Shown: piece after piece, positions 18,636 through 27,195 of the stretch
Layout of the letters: each line of letters starts with the position of its first letter
Numbering within the stretch: position 1 is the first letter of the stretch
Origin: Candidatus Aminicenantales bacterium
GTDB taxonomy: Bacteria > Acidobacteriota > Aminicenantia > Aminicenantales > Saccharicenantaceae
DNA: 42,497 bases
Reading direction: 5' to 3'
NCBI GenBank assembly: GCA_049512315.1
Contig: JBEKXF010000029.1
Location: forward strand, 1-42,497
Program-made: the position numbers and the translations under genes
Notes under the pieces: generated by a model
Told to the model about the DNA's origin: nothing
The model's database searches: none
What the model saw: the letters and a program-made list of their open reading frames with translations, nothing else

Positions 18636-19928
18636 ATGGATATCCCCCTCTTGGAGATTCTCGGCCAATTGGATATCCTCGGACTTCTGGTCCTGGCGTT
18701 GGCCGGCTTGTTCATGGTTTATTTAGCAGTGACAAGCAAGGTCCACGGCTTATTTTTCTTCCTCGTGCTCGGCGCTTCGCTAACGGGCTCTACGGTTTCA
18801 CTCTTTGACAATCTCGGCTCGATCATGCGATGGATCGCTGCCCTATTGCTGGTCCTGTCGGCTCTACTTCTGAAGAGGATTAATGTCCCATTAGGCCCTC
18901 TGCTGTTCCTGGGCTACGTGGCCTTCGGATTCATTTTTTTATTCTTCTCGAACTCGGATAACTATCAATTTCAAAGAGGTGCACTCCTCATAGTTGTTGC
19001 TGCTGCGGTTCCTTTGGCTTACGGCAATCAGTCTTGGCGGACTTTCCAACTGTCCCTCATTGGCACCGCAATCATCGCCACGGCTTATTCAGCCTATAAT
19101 TTCGCTTCGCTTCCCGGACATTTAGGCGATGCTACTAGGCTATCGGGATATGTCAAAGGCACGCCTTGGTTTGCAATGGTCCTCGGCGGGTTGCTGCCCT
19201 TTTCGCTGTGGGGGTTTTGGAATGCCCCTTCCCGAGGGCTTCGCCTGATATCCGGCACAGGATTTTTGTTGGGAACGATCATGCTCGTGTTCAGCGGTCA
19301 GCGGGCCGGGACGATTGCCGGGCTGTTGGGTGTTACCCCGTTGTTATTGACGAACTTAAGTAGACGTAAAACCATGGGGTGGGCGGTTCTGATGCTCATC
19401 GTTCTTTCATCCCTGGGCTTTTACTTCTTCCGGCAATCCAGCGGCGAACGAATGGACTTTCTTTTGCGCCGCTACGATCGTGCAGCGGGTATTAATGACA
19501 GGGATGTCATCTGGGGAGAGGCCATTGCCGAGATCAACAAGAATCCCCTCCTGGGGCGGGGAACGGGCGGGGCCGAGACGTTTTATACCATCAGCTTTCA
19601 TAATACCTGGTTGGAGGTGTGGTACAACACGGGTTTGCCAGGGCTCGTCCTCTTCGTCGCTGCGCAGATTTACTTTTTTCGGAGGATCTATCTCCTGGGG
19701 CGGTCCCATAGAGACCCCGAGGCCCGATCTATTCTTGCCCTGGCCATGGGATACATGTTGGGTTTTCTGGTCTTATGCATGTTCGAGAGCATCGGCGCGG
19801 GAGCGAGCAACGCAAATATTGTTCTGTACTTATTCTTGGGCGTATTAGTATCCAAGAATGACCTGCTTGGATCTTTCGCTCAGCGCGGCGGCGATTCGGA
19901 AACGGCGTCTGAAGCAACGCCCGCGTGA
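18636..19928 (+). CDS. Wzy polymerase / O-antigen ligase-family membrane protein
   Basis: Multi-TM protein with SGQRAG, R..IW, NPLLG.G.G, HN..LE and G..G motifs (Wzy_C). Confidence 0.85.
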   Translation: MDIPLLEILGQLDILGLLVLALAGLFMVYLAVTSKVHGLFFFLVLGASLTGSTVSLFDNLGSIMRWIAALLLVLSALLLKRINVPLGPLLFLGYVAFGFIFLFFSNSDNYQFQRGALLIVVAAAVPLAYGNQSWRTFQLSLIGTAIIATAYSAYNFASLPGHLGDATRLSGYVKGTPWFAMVLGGLLPFSLWGFWNAPSRGLRLISGTGFLLGTIMLVFSGQRAGTIAGLLGVTPLLLTNLSRRKTMGWAVLMLIVLSSLGFYFFRQSSGERMDFLLRRYDRAAGINDRDVIWGEAIAEINKNPLLGRGTGGAETFYTISFHNTWLEVWYNTGLPGLVLFVAAQIYFFRRIYLLGRSHRDPEARSILALAMGYMLGFLVLCMFESIGAGASNANIVLYLFLGVLVSKNDLLGSFAQRGGDSETASEATPA

Positions 19929-19979
19929 ACTCGTGAAACATTTTCATTGGTCAGTTTTTGTACATACGGAGAGCTTTTC

Positions 19980-21149
19980 ATGCGTCTTCTCATTGATTGC
20001 TTAACTATTGGAAGTCAGGGCGGCCTGAACCTGAGGAACGAACTAGCGAACGCCGTAACGGCCCTGGAACCCAAGAATTGGCAGACCTTCTGGATAGTAC
20101 CGGATAAGATGGGGGAGCTACCGGGTGGCGAGAAAGCAAATACCATCGTTCATTCGCTGCCAAAACACGGCTGGATCGGCCAATGGCGTTGGTACCAGTA
20201 CGAGCTCCCGGCTTTGGCCTCCCGTCTTGGGATCGATGTGGTGTATTCTATGTCCGGGATTTTATCGGCACGGATTAGGAAATCGTTTGGCACGATCGTC
20301 TCTTTCACAAACATCCTGCCTTTTGCGCCTTTCCGGCATCGACAATACTCCCCTCTGTCCAAAGAGGCATTCAAAGCGCTGCTCCACAAGCATCTCCTAT
20401 TGACGGGGGCGGGTCGGGCTGACGTAGCCGTTATGTTCTGCCATCGGCTCGTGGACGAGATTGAAGCCCGGGTCACAGGCTTCAAAACAAAATGCTTTAC
20501 GCAGCTTTATGCAGTGCCAAGCGATTTGAATTTTGAGATTGCTGATCCTCCGCCACATCCCTATGCTCGGAAACCCTATTTCTTCTATTTGTCGCCGGTC
20601 CATCCCTATAAAAATCATTTGCGCCTCTTGGAGGCATATCGATTGGCTCTTCACGAAATGCCGGGCCTGCCGGACCTTATTGTGGCCGGCGCCCCGGCCC
20701 ACCCGCGCACGGTCCGGAAGATCGAGGCCTTCATTCGATCATCCGGACTATCTGGTAAAGCGGCCTACCTGAGAAGATTGCCACGCGAGCAAGTTTCCGC
20801 GTGGCTCTATCACGCAGATTTCAACATTTTCCCAAGTCTCTGCGAGGCTAATTCACTCGTTTTCTTAGAGATCATGGGCGTTGGCGGAGCGTTGGCCTGT
20901 TCAAACAATACCTTTGATAGACTGGGTGGCGACTCCTATTTTGAGTTTTTCGACCCGGAATCCATCGAGGATATTAAGAATACCCTTCTCAAGTTGGCCT
21001 GCGATCCGGCGCGTCTCAAAATCCTCAGATCGAAGGCTTTTGAGCTCGGCTCACGATTCTCGTGGGGCCTCATCGGAGAAGCTATTTGGGCTGCGGCTCA
21101 GAAGGCCGAATCTTCTTATAGGGAGAGAAGGAAGATTTATCGTAAATGA
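19980..21149 (+). CDS. Glycosyltransferase family 4
   Basis: PYKNH, FPSLCEANSLVFLE and FFDPES motifs; start at ATG 19980 with a GGAGAG RBS. Confidence 0.88.
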   Translation: MRLLIDCLTIGSQGGLNLRNELANAVTALEPKNWQTFWIVPDKMGELPGGEKANTIVHSLPKHGWIGQWRWYQYELPALASRLGIDVVYSMSGILSARIRKSFGTIVSFTNILPFAPFRHRQYSPLSKEAFKALLHKHLLLTGAGRADVAVMFCHRLVDEIEARVTGFKTKCFTQLYAVPSDLNFEIADPPPHPYARKPYFFYLSPVHPYKNHLRLLEAYRLALHEMPGLPDLIVAGAPAHPRTVRKIEAFIRSSGLSGKAAYLRRLPREQVSAWLYHADFNIFPSLCEANSLVFLEIMGVGGALACSNNTFDRLGGDSYFEFFDPESIEDIKNTLLKLACDPARLKILRSKAFELGSRFSWGLIGEAIWAAAQKAESSYRERRKIYRK

Positions 21150-21177
21150 ATTTTCCGGCAAATGAGGACTTGCTGAC

Positions 21178-22338
21178 TTGAACATAATACACATTTGCCT
21201 GCTCAGCGCGTATACCGAAAACCTGTCTTATGATGAAAACTTGCTGCCTGAACAAAACGCCCGCGACGGGCACAATGTTACCGTGATCGCAGACTGCCAT
21301 ACAATAGAAGATGGAGTTGTCGTTGATACCCCTGAAGAAGATAGGACGCTTGCCGACGGTATTCGATTGATCCGAATAAAATACGATAGAATCATAAATG
21401 GTTTTATCAGCGGGAAAATCCGTAAAGTTTCTAAGCTCGAAGAAGTGGTCGAGAAAACAAAGCCGGATGTCATATTTTTTCATGGAGTACAGGGTTGCGC
21501 TCTCTTGACAGCGGCAAAATATAAAAAGAATCATCCCGACGTTAAGCTGTATGCAGACAATCACGCCGATTTCTCCAACAGCGCCACAAACTGGCTTTCC
21601 AAAAACGTTCTCCACAGAATCATCTGGCGCTATTATGCAAAGAAAGCGGAGCCTTATGTTGATAAATTCTATGGCGTTTTGCCCGCGCGCTGTGATTTCT
21701 TGCATGATGTGTACGGTATCCCGCGCGAGAAGATCGAACTACTCGTTATGGGAGGCGATGACGAAAAGATCCATCCCGAAAACAGGGACGCTTTGCGGAC
21801 TGAGATTTGCAAGCGGTTCGGCTTTGCGGAAGGTGATTTTATCGCCGTGTCCGGGGGCAAGCTAGATCGACACAAGAATATTCCGATTCTGCTGGATGCG
21901 TTCAAGAGGTTGGACGACCCGCACATCAAGCTGATTCTCTTTGGCAGCATCGCGGAGGATATGAAGCAGCCAATTGAAACCCGGCTGGACAATGGGAAAG
22001 TCAAATACATCGGTTGGATCGACGCGGACAAAGCCTATGATTATTTCATCGCCGCAGATCTGGCGGTGTTCCCCGGGCGCCATTCTGTTCTTTGGGAACA
22101 GGCCGTCGCCTGCGGTATCCCCGGAATTTTCAAGCATTGGGAAGGCACGCATCACGTTGACGTCGGTGGCAATTGTGAGTTTCTCTATCGGGACAGTGCT
22201 GAGGAGATCGCCGCGGCAATTCTACGCATTGTGGGAGACCCGAAGTTTTTCGGGGCGATGCGGGAAAGCGCACGCAGGGGCGCTTCAGGGTTTCTATATC
22301 GTGATATCGCGAAAAAGGCCGTTGGGTGCGCGCCATGA
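21178..22338 (+). CDS. Glycosyltransferase family 4
   Basis: GH.VTVI, KPDVIF.H, GGKLD..KN, ADLAVFPG.HSVLWEQAVACGIP motifs. Confidence 0.88.
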   Translation: MNIIHICLLSAYTENLSYDENLLPEQNARDGHNVTVIADCHTIEDGVVVDTPEEDRTLADGIRLIRIKYDRIINGFISGKIRKVSKLEEVVEKTKPDVIFFHGVQGCALLTAAKYKKNHPDVKLYADNHADFSNSATNWLSKNVLHRIIWRYYAKKAEPYVDKFYGVLPARCDFLHDVYGIPREKIELLVMGGDDEKIHPENRDALRTEICKRFGFAEGDFIAVSGGKLDRHKNIPILLDAFKRLDDPHIKLILFGSIAEDMKQPIETRLDNGKVKYIGWIDADKAYDYFIAADLAVFPGRHSVLWEQAVACGIPGIFKHWEGTHHVDVGGNCEFLYRDSAEEIAAAILRIVGDPKFFGAMRESARRGASGFLYRDIAKKAVGCAP

Positions 22339-22377
22339 GGATCGCTGTTGATGTCCAAGAAGGAGAAAAGGAGCTAC

Positions 22378-23355
22378 ATGAAAGAAGAAAACAGACCCTT
22401 TTGGAAAGGTAAACCTGTTCTGGTCACAGGGGCAGCAGGTTTCATTGGAAGCCACCTATGTGAAAGGCTGGCTCAGGTCGGGGCTAAGGTGAGGGCTTTT
22501 GTCAGATATAACTCCATGAACTCCTTCGGTCGCCTCGAAGACGTGGACGAGAAGGTTCGAGAGAAAATCGAGATTTACACGGGCGAAATCCTGGACGAAG
22601 CCTCTGTTTTCGGCGCCATGAAGGATATGGATACGGTTTTTCACATGGCTGCGTTGCCGAGCATCCCTTACTCGCTGATGAATCCCAGCCACGTATTTTC
22701 AGTCAATATGAATGGAAGCCGGAATGTGTTGTTGAGCGCACGAAGCTGCGGAACCAAGAAGGTCGTACTTGCATCTTCAGGAGGTGCAAGCGAAAAGAGG
22801 CCGCTGCTTTCCCCTTACATCACGAGCAAGGCCGCGATGGAAAGAATCGGCTTGGGGTTTCATCAGGGATTCGGGATGAATGTTACCACTCTGCGGCTCT
22901 TGAACAATTACGGTCCCAGACAATCTGCCAGAGCCGTAATTCCAACAATCATCAATCAGGCTCTTGTTAAAAACCAGGTCAATCTTGGAGCCCTGGAGCC
23001 GGCGATGGACTTCAACTTTGTGGGCGATACTGTGGAGGCCTTCTTTCGAGTGGCTGAAAGAGATGAATCGGCAGGTAGGATCCTCACATGGGGATCTGGT
23101 AAATCCACATCCATCGGCGACTTAGCGAATTTGATTTTCTCCATCATTGGGAGGGAAGGCCTGCGAGTCGTCAGGGATGAGCAGAGAGTCCGACCGTACC
23201 GCGGACCGGCAGCAAGCTTGCAGGAGGAAATGGTGGTTACCTATGAAGTGCTAGGTTACACTCCTAAGGTCAGCCTGGAGGAAGGCCTGAAAATAACGAT
23301 TGACTGGATATCGAGGCACCTGGATCTTTACAAGCCCGAGCTTTATGCCGTCTAG
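22378..23355 (+). CDS. NAD-dependent nucleotide-sugar SDR, paralogue of 16812 with a shortened active-site loop
   Basis: GAAGFIG, SIPYS, SPYITSK and YGPRQSARAVIPTII motifs; AGGAG RBS before ATG 22378. Confidence 0.85.
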   Translation: MKEENRPFWKGKPVLVTGAAGFIGSHLCERLAQVGAKVRAFVRYNSMNSFGRLEDVDEKVREKIEIYTGEILDEASVFGAMKDMDTVFHMAALPSIPYSLMNPSHVFSVNMNGSRNVLLSARSCGTKKVVLASSGGASEKRPLLSPYITSKAAMERIGLGFHQGFGMNVTTLRLLNNYGPRQSARAVIPTIINQALVKNQVNLGALEPAMDFNFVGDTVEAFFRVAERDESAGRILTWGSGKSTSIGDLANLIFSIIGREGLRVVRDEQRVRPYRGPAASLQEEMVVTYEVLGYTPKVSLEEGLKITIDWISRHLDLYKPELYAV

Positions 23356-23386
23356 AACCGGGTTGAGAATAAAGGGGCCCGTCCAA

Positions 23387-24520
23387 ATGCAGGAAGAAAG
23401 CATCTGGAAAGACTTTAGACGAGAGTTTCCAGTTGCGGAAAGATATGTCTATTTGAACCACGCTGCCGTGGCCCCGATTCCGAGAAGATCGGCAGAAGCA
23501 ATCGCGCGATGCGCTCAGGAATTCTGCGAGAAGGGCATTGTCTGCAATCGTGACTACCTACAACTGGTAGAGGAAGCCCGAGAGCTTGCTGCGAGGCTAC
23601 TTGGTGTAAGTGCTCCAGAGATAGCGTTTGTGAAAAATACAACCCAGGGTTTGCTCATTGCCGCAAATGGCATCCATTGGGAGAAGGGTGATAACGTCGT
23701 CATTCCGGAGAAGGAGTTTCCTGCCAATGTTTACCCCTGGTTAAGTTTAGGAGCAATGGGGGTCGAAACCAGATTCGTGCCTCTGAAGAATGAAAAATTC
23801 ACGGCGGATGACATAGAGCCATTCATAGATATCCGTACAAGAGCAGTGAGCGTTAGCGCTGTCTCGTTTTGGAATGGTTTCAGATGTGATTTAAGGAGAA
23901 TAGGCCAGCTCTGTCGTGAAAAGGGGGTCTTGTTTATTGTCGACGGGATCCAGGCGCTGGGGGCGCTTGATTTGTGTGTTGAGGAGTGTTACGTAGACGT
24001 CCTTTCAGCGGATGCCCACAAGTGGCTCCTGGGGCCCCAGGGAATTGGAGTCCTTTATGTCTCAAAAGAGGCACAGGAGAAATTGGTCGTATCAAACCTT
24101 GGGTGGAAAAGCATGGAGCACGAGAACGATTTCCTCAACTATAAAATAAGGCTGAAAGGCAGTGCCGCGAGATTTGAGGAGGGGACACTGAACATCGTGG
24201 GCATCGCAGGCCTGAAGGCATCTCTTGATATGATTTTGGAAATAGGCATAGACGCGATTGAGAGAAGGATTCTGGATCTGGGAGAGCAGATGGTAAGAGG
24301 GCTTGTAAAGAAGGGATATGAAATCAGAAGCCCAATGCAAGGCGAAGAGCGGTCGGGAATACTTTGTTTCTTCCATAGGCGGTTCACAGCGCAAGCCATT
24401 TTCGAGAATCTTTTAAAGGAAGAGGTCGTTTGCGCCCTCCGGGACGCGGCGATCCGTATTTCGCCTCATTTTTACAACGATGAGAGAGACGTAAATAGTT
24501 TTCTTAATGCGCTGAGGTGA
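23387..24520 (+). CDS. Class V PLP-dependent enzyme (cysteine desulfurase/CefD/EgtE-like)
   Basis: YLNHAA, EFPAN, VDGIQ, AHKWLLGP.G.G, RFEEGT and RISPHFYN motifs. Confidence 0.9.
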   Translation: MQEESIWKDFRREFPVAERYVYLNHAAVAPIPRRSAEAIARCAQEFCEKGIVCNRDYLQLVEEARELAARLLGVSAPEIAFVKNTTQGLLIAANGIHWEKGDNVVIPEKEFPANVYPWLSLGAMGVETRFVPLKNEKFTADDIEPFIDIRTRAVSVSAVSFWNGFRCDLRRIGQLCREKGVLFIVDGIQALGALDLCVEECYVDVLSADAHKWLLGPQGIGVLYVSKEAQEKLVVSNLGWKSMEHENDFLNYKIRLKGSAARFEEGTLNIVGIAGLKASLDMILEIGIDAIERRILDLGEQMVRGLVKKGYEIRSPMQGEERSGILCFFHRRFTAQAIFENLLKEEVVCALRDAAIRISPHFYNDERDVNSFLNALR

Positions 24521-24605
24521 TTTTAGGCTTTGGTTTGAAGTGGCATTAAAAGGGCGCCTAGGTTTTGGATCGCTGATAAGAATCTAGCCTGAGGAGGAAT
24601 CAGTC

Positions 24606-25583
24606 TTGGGAAAAAGAAAGGTACTCATTACAGGCGGCGCTGGGTATGTGGGTTCGGTCCTGGTGGGGTCTCTTCTAAAGGGCGGTTATACTGTCAGGGT
24701 TTTGGACAACCTGATGCACTCCGGGGACGGGGTTCTGCCATTTGTCGGAGATCCGGACTACGAATTCATCAAAGGAGATATCCGGGACCACAAGTGCGTG
24801 GTTTCATCCTTGGAAGATGTGAGCGCAATTGTTCACCTTGCCGCCATTGTGGGCGATCCGGCGAGCAAAAAACTCCCAAAGGAGACGGTCGAAATTAACC
24901 GAGATGCGAGCTTGCATCTCATCAAAATGGCCCAGGAGCGGGGCGTCCAGCGATTCATTTTTTTCTCCACCTGCTCGAATTATGGAATCGCCGATGTGGA
25001 AAGGCTGTCCGACGAAAGGACCCCCTTGAAACCGATCTCGCTTTACGCGGAAACAAAGGTTGCGGTGGAAAGGCATCTTCTGGAGCAGAAATCCCCTGGT
25101 TTCTCTCCACTTATCCTGAGGGTGTCCACCGTTTTTGGCCCCTCGCCGAGGATGCGTTTTGACCTTACAGTTAATCAGTTCGTCATGGAAGCGTTGAGAG
25201 ACCTGAAGATCATTGTTTTCTCGCCAAAAGCGTGGAGGCCCTATATCCACATTCGTGATGTTGGCGAGGCGGTTAATGCTTGCCTCAAAGCCCCCGAGGA
25301 AAAGATACGAGGGGAAGTTTTCAATCTGGGTTCAAATGACATGAGTCACACGAAAATGGCCATAGCGGAACTGACCAGCAAATACCTTCCGGGGACAGAA
25401 GTGGAAGTACAAGGGGCAGGTAAGGATCTGAGAGATTATCGGGTGGATTTCGGAAAGTGGGCGAGGACTTTCTCGTTTGTCCCTCAGAGAAAAGTTGATT
25501 TGGGAATCAACGAGGTAAGATTACTCTTGAAAGAATGGAAAGTTATCCCTGATCCTTCGCTACCAAAATATTACAACGCTTAG
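24606..25583 (+). CDS. NAD-dependent epimerase/dehydratase (SDR)
   Basis: GGAGYVG, HLAAIVGDP, STCSNYG, YAETK and SPRMRFDLTVN motifs. Confidence 0.9.
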   Translation: MGKRKVLITGGAGYVGSVLVGSLLKGGYTVRVLDNLMHSGDGVLPFVGDPDYEFIKGDIRDHKCVVSSLEDVSAIVHLAAIVGDPASKKLPKETVEINRDASLHLIKMAQERGVQRFIFFSTCSNYGIADVERLSDERTPLKPISLYAETKVAVERHLLEQKSPGFSPLILRVSTVFGPSPRMRFDLTVNQFVMEALRDLKIIVFSPKAWRPYIHIRDVGEAVNACLKAPEEKIRGEVFNLGSNDMSHTKMAIAELTSKYLPGTEVEVQGAGKDLRDYRVDFGKWARTFSFVPQRKVDLGINEVRLLLKEWKVIPDPSLPKYYNA

Positions 25584-25720
25584 TCTATGATTGACTGAAA
25601 GCTGTGCCAAGCCATATCAGCTTCGAGAAAAACCCCTAAAACTTTGAAAGCATCATCTGGTATTGACATGGCTTAATTCGCTTTGGATCTTGCACGAAAC
25701 CCGATAAAGGGGGTCGAGAA

Positions 25721-26878
25721 ATGCACTGGAAAGTGCCGTTATCGGACATTGACTTTGACGGGGCAGAGAAAGACGCCGTGCTGAAAGTCCTTGAATCGAA
25801 GTGGCTCATGACCGGGGAGGTTACGGCTCGATTTGAGGGTGAGTTTTCCCGCTTTACCGGCTCCAGACACGCTATAGCCCTATCAAGTTGCACCGCTGCG
25901 CTTCATATTGCCTGTTACGTATTGGGAATCAGGCCGGGTGATGAAGTGATAGTGCCGGCGTTGACCTTCGTCGCCACAGCGAACGCTGTTCTTTACTGCG
26001 GAGGGACACCGGTTTTTGCCGACATCGTCGACGAAAAAACGCTGTCGATTTCACCGGATGACGTGGCGAGAAAAATCACACCAAGGACCAAGGCCATTAT
26101 TGTGGTGCACTACGGCGGGTACTTTTGCGACATGAGCGCATTTCAACAGATCTGCTTTGAAAAGGGCATAGATTTAATAGAGGACGCTGCCCACTCTCCC
26201 GGCGCGTATATGGGCGATAAGCACGCAGGCACATTCGCCAAGGCGGGCTGCTTCAGTTTTGTCCCCAATAAGAACATGACTACAGCCGAGGGGGGAATGC
26301 TTATCACGGATGACGATGATCTGGCAAACAAAGCAAGGGCCACGCGTTCCCATGGCCTGACGACCATGACTTGGGACAGATATCGGGGACATGCCTACTC
26401 TTATGATGTTCCGGTCTTGGGGTTCAACTATCGAATCGATGAGATCCGCTCCGCCATAGGACTGGTTCAGTTGGGGAAGCTAAAAGGGAATAATAAGCGC
26501 AGGGAGCACATTGTTTCCAGGTACGTGGAAGCCCTCGAAAAAATTAACGGCATTGAAATCCCATTCAAGGAGCGAATAAAGTATCCGAATGGGGAAACGC
26601 CTTCTTTCCATCTTTTTCCTATCTTGGTCCAAAATGAAAGAACTAGGGACGCCTTGATGGAATTCTTAAAAGGTCGCGGCATTCAGACCAGCATTCACTA
26701 TCCTCCGGTTCACCTGTTCACTTATTACAGATCAAAGTTCGGTACCCGTGAGGGCATGTTGCCAAAAACGGAGGATATCTCAAGAAGACTGCTGACTCTG
26801 CCGCTCTACGGGACTCTTAGCGAAGAGCAGGTGGAATATATTGTCGAAAGTCTGAGAACCTTTTCCGAGAAGGAATAG
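25721..26878 (+). CDS. DegT/DnrJ/EryC1/StrS PLP aminotransferase
   Basis: SSCTAALH, LTFVATANA, IEDAAH, FSFVPNKNMTTAEGG, GFNYR, SIHYPP and LTLPL motifs. Confidence 0.95.
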   Translation: MHWKVPLSDIDFDGAEKDAVLKVLESKWLMTGEVTARFEGEFSRFTGSRHAIALSSCTAALHIACYVLGIRPGDEVIVPALTFVATANAVLYCGGTPVFADIVDEKTLSISPDDVARKITPRTKAIIVVHYGGYFCDMSAFQQICFEKGIDLIEDAAHSPGAYMGDKHAGTFAKAGCFSFVPNKNMTTAEGGMLITDDDDLANKARATRSHGLTTMTWDRYRGHAYSYDVPVLGFNYRIDEIRSAIGLVQLGKLKGNNKRREHIVSRYVEALEKINGIEIPFKERIKYPNGETPSFHLFPILVQNERTRDALMEFLKGRGIQTSIHYPPVHLFTYYRSKFGTREGMLPKTEDISRRLLTLPLYGTLSEEQVEYIVESLRTFSEKE

Positions 26879-26965
26879 ATCGAAATGCGAATGGCTTACT
26901 TTTATAATTGTCTCAATATTCGGATCCGAAAGAAGCATACCGCGAAATCATCCTGCCGCATAAGC

Positions 26966-26994
26966 TGGACATTTATGAGAAACATGTTGATAAT
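26966..26994 (+). promoter_or_regulatory. Possible internal sigma70 promoter
   Basis: TGGACA-17 nt-GATAAT in the intergenic gap upstream of the capD block. Confidence 0.3.
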
Positions 26995-27065
26995 AGTGTT
27001 CTTCTCGCAGATTTCGGGGTTGTTGTGGAAACTCTCGGGAAAATTATCTTGAAAAGCAGGAGCTC

Positions 27066-27194
27066 ATGAAGATTCCGTTCTGCAGGATAGCCTGTGAGGG
27101 CAACGAGATGGCCTATGTCCGGGACGTTCTGGCCAGCGGCTGGCTGACGACTGAAGAGCTGGAATATATATGCGCCGTTTTGAGGGGGGGGTGA
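27066..27194 (+). pseudogene. Internally deleted DegT aminotransferase (42-aa remnant)
   Basis: AGGAG RBS, then MKIPFCRIACEGNEMAYVRDVLASGWLTT (DegT N-terminus) joined directly to EELEYICAVLRGG* (DegT C-terminal helix). Confidence 0.7.
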
Positions 27195-27195
27195 G

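Noticed and set aside
25663..25691. TTGACA upstream of the second DegT
   Set aside because: The hexamer at 17 nt spacing (GATCTT) is a poor -10.
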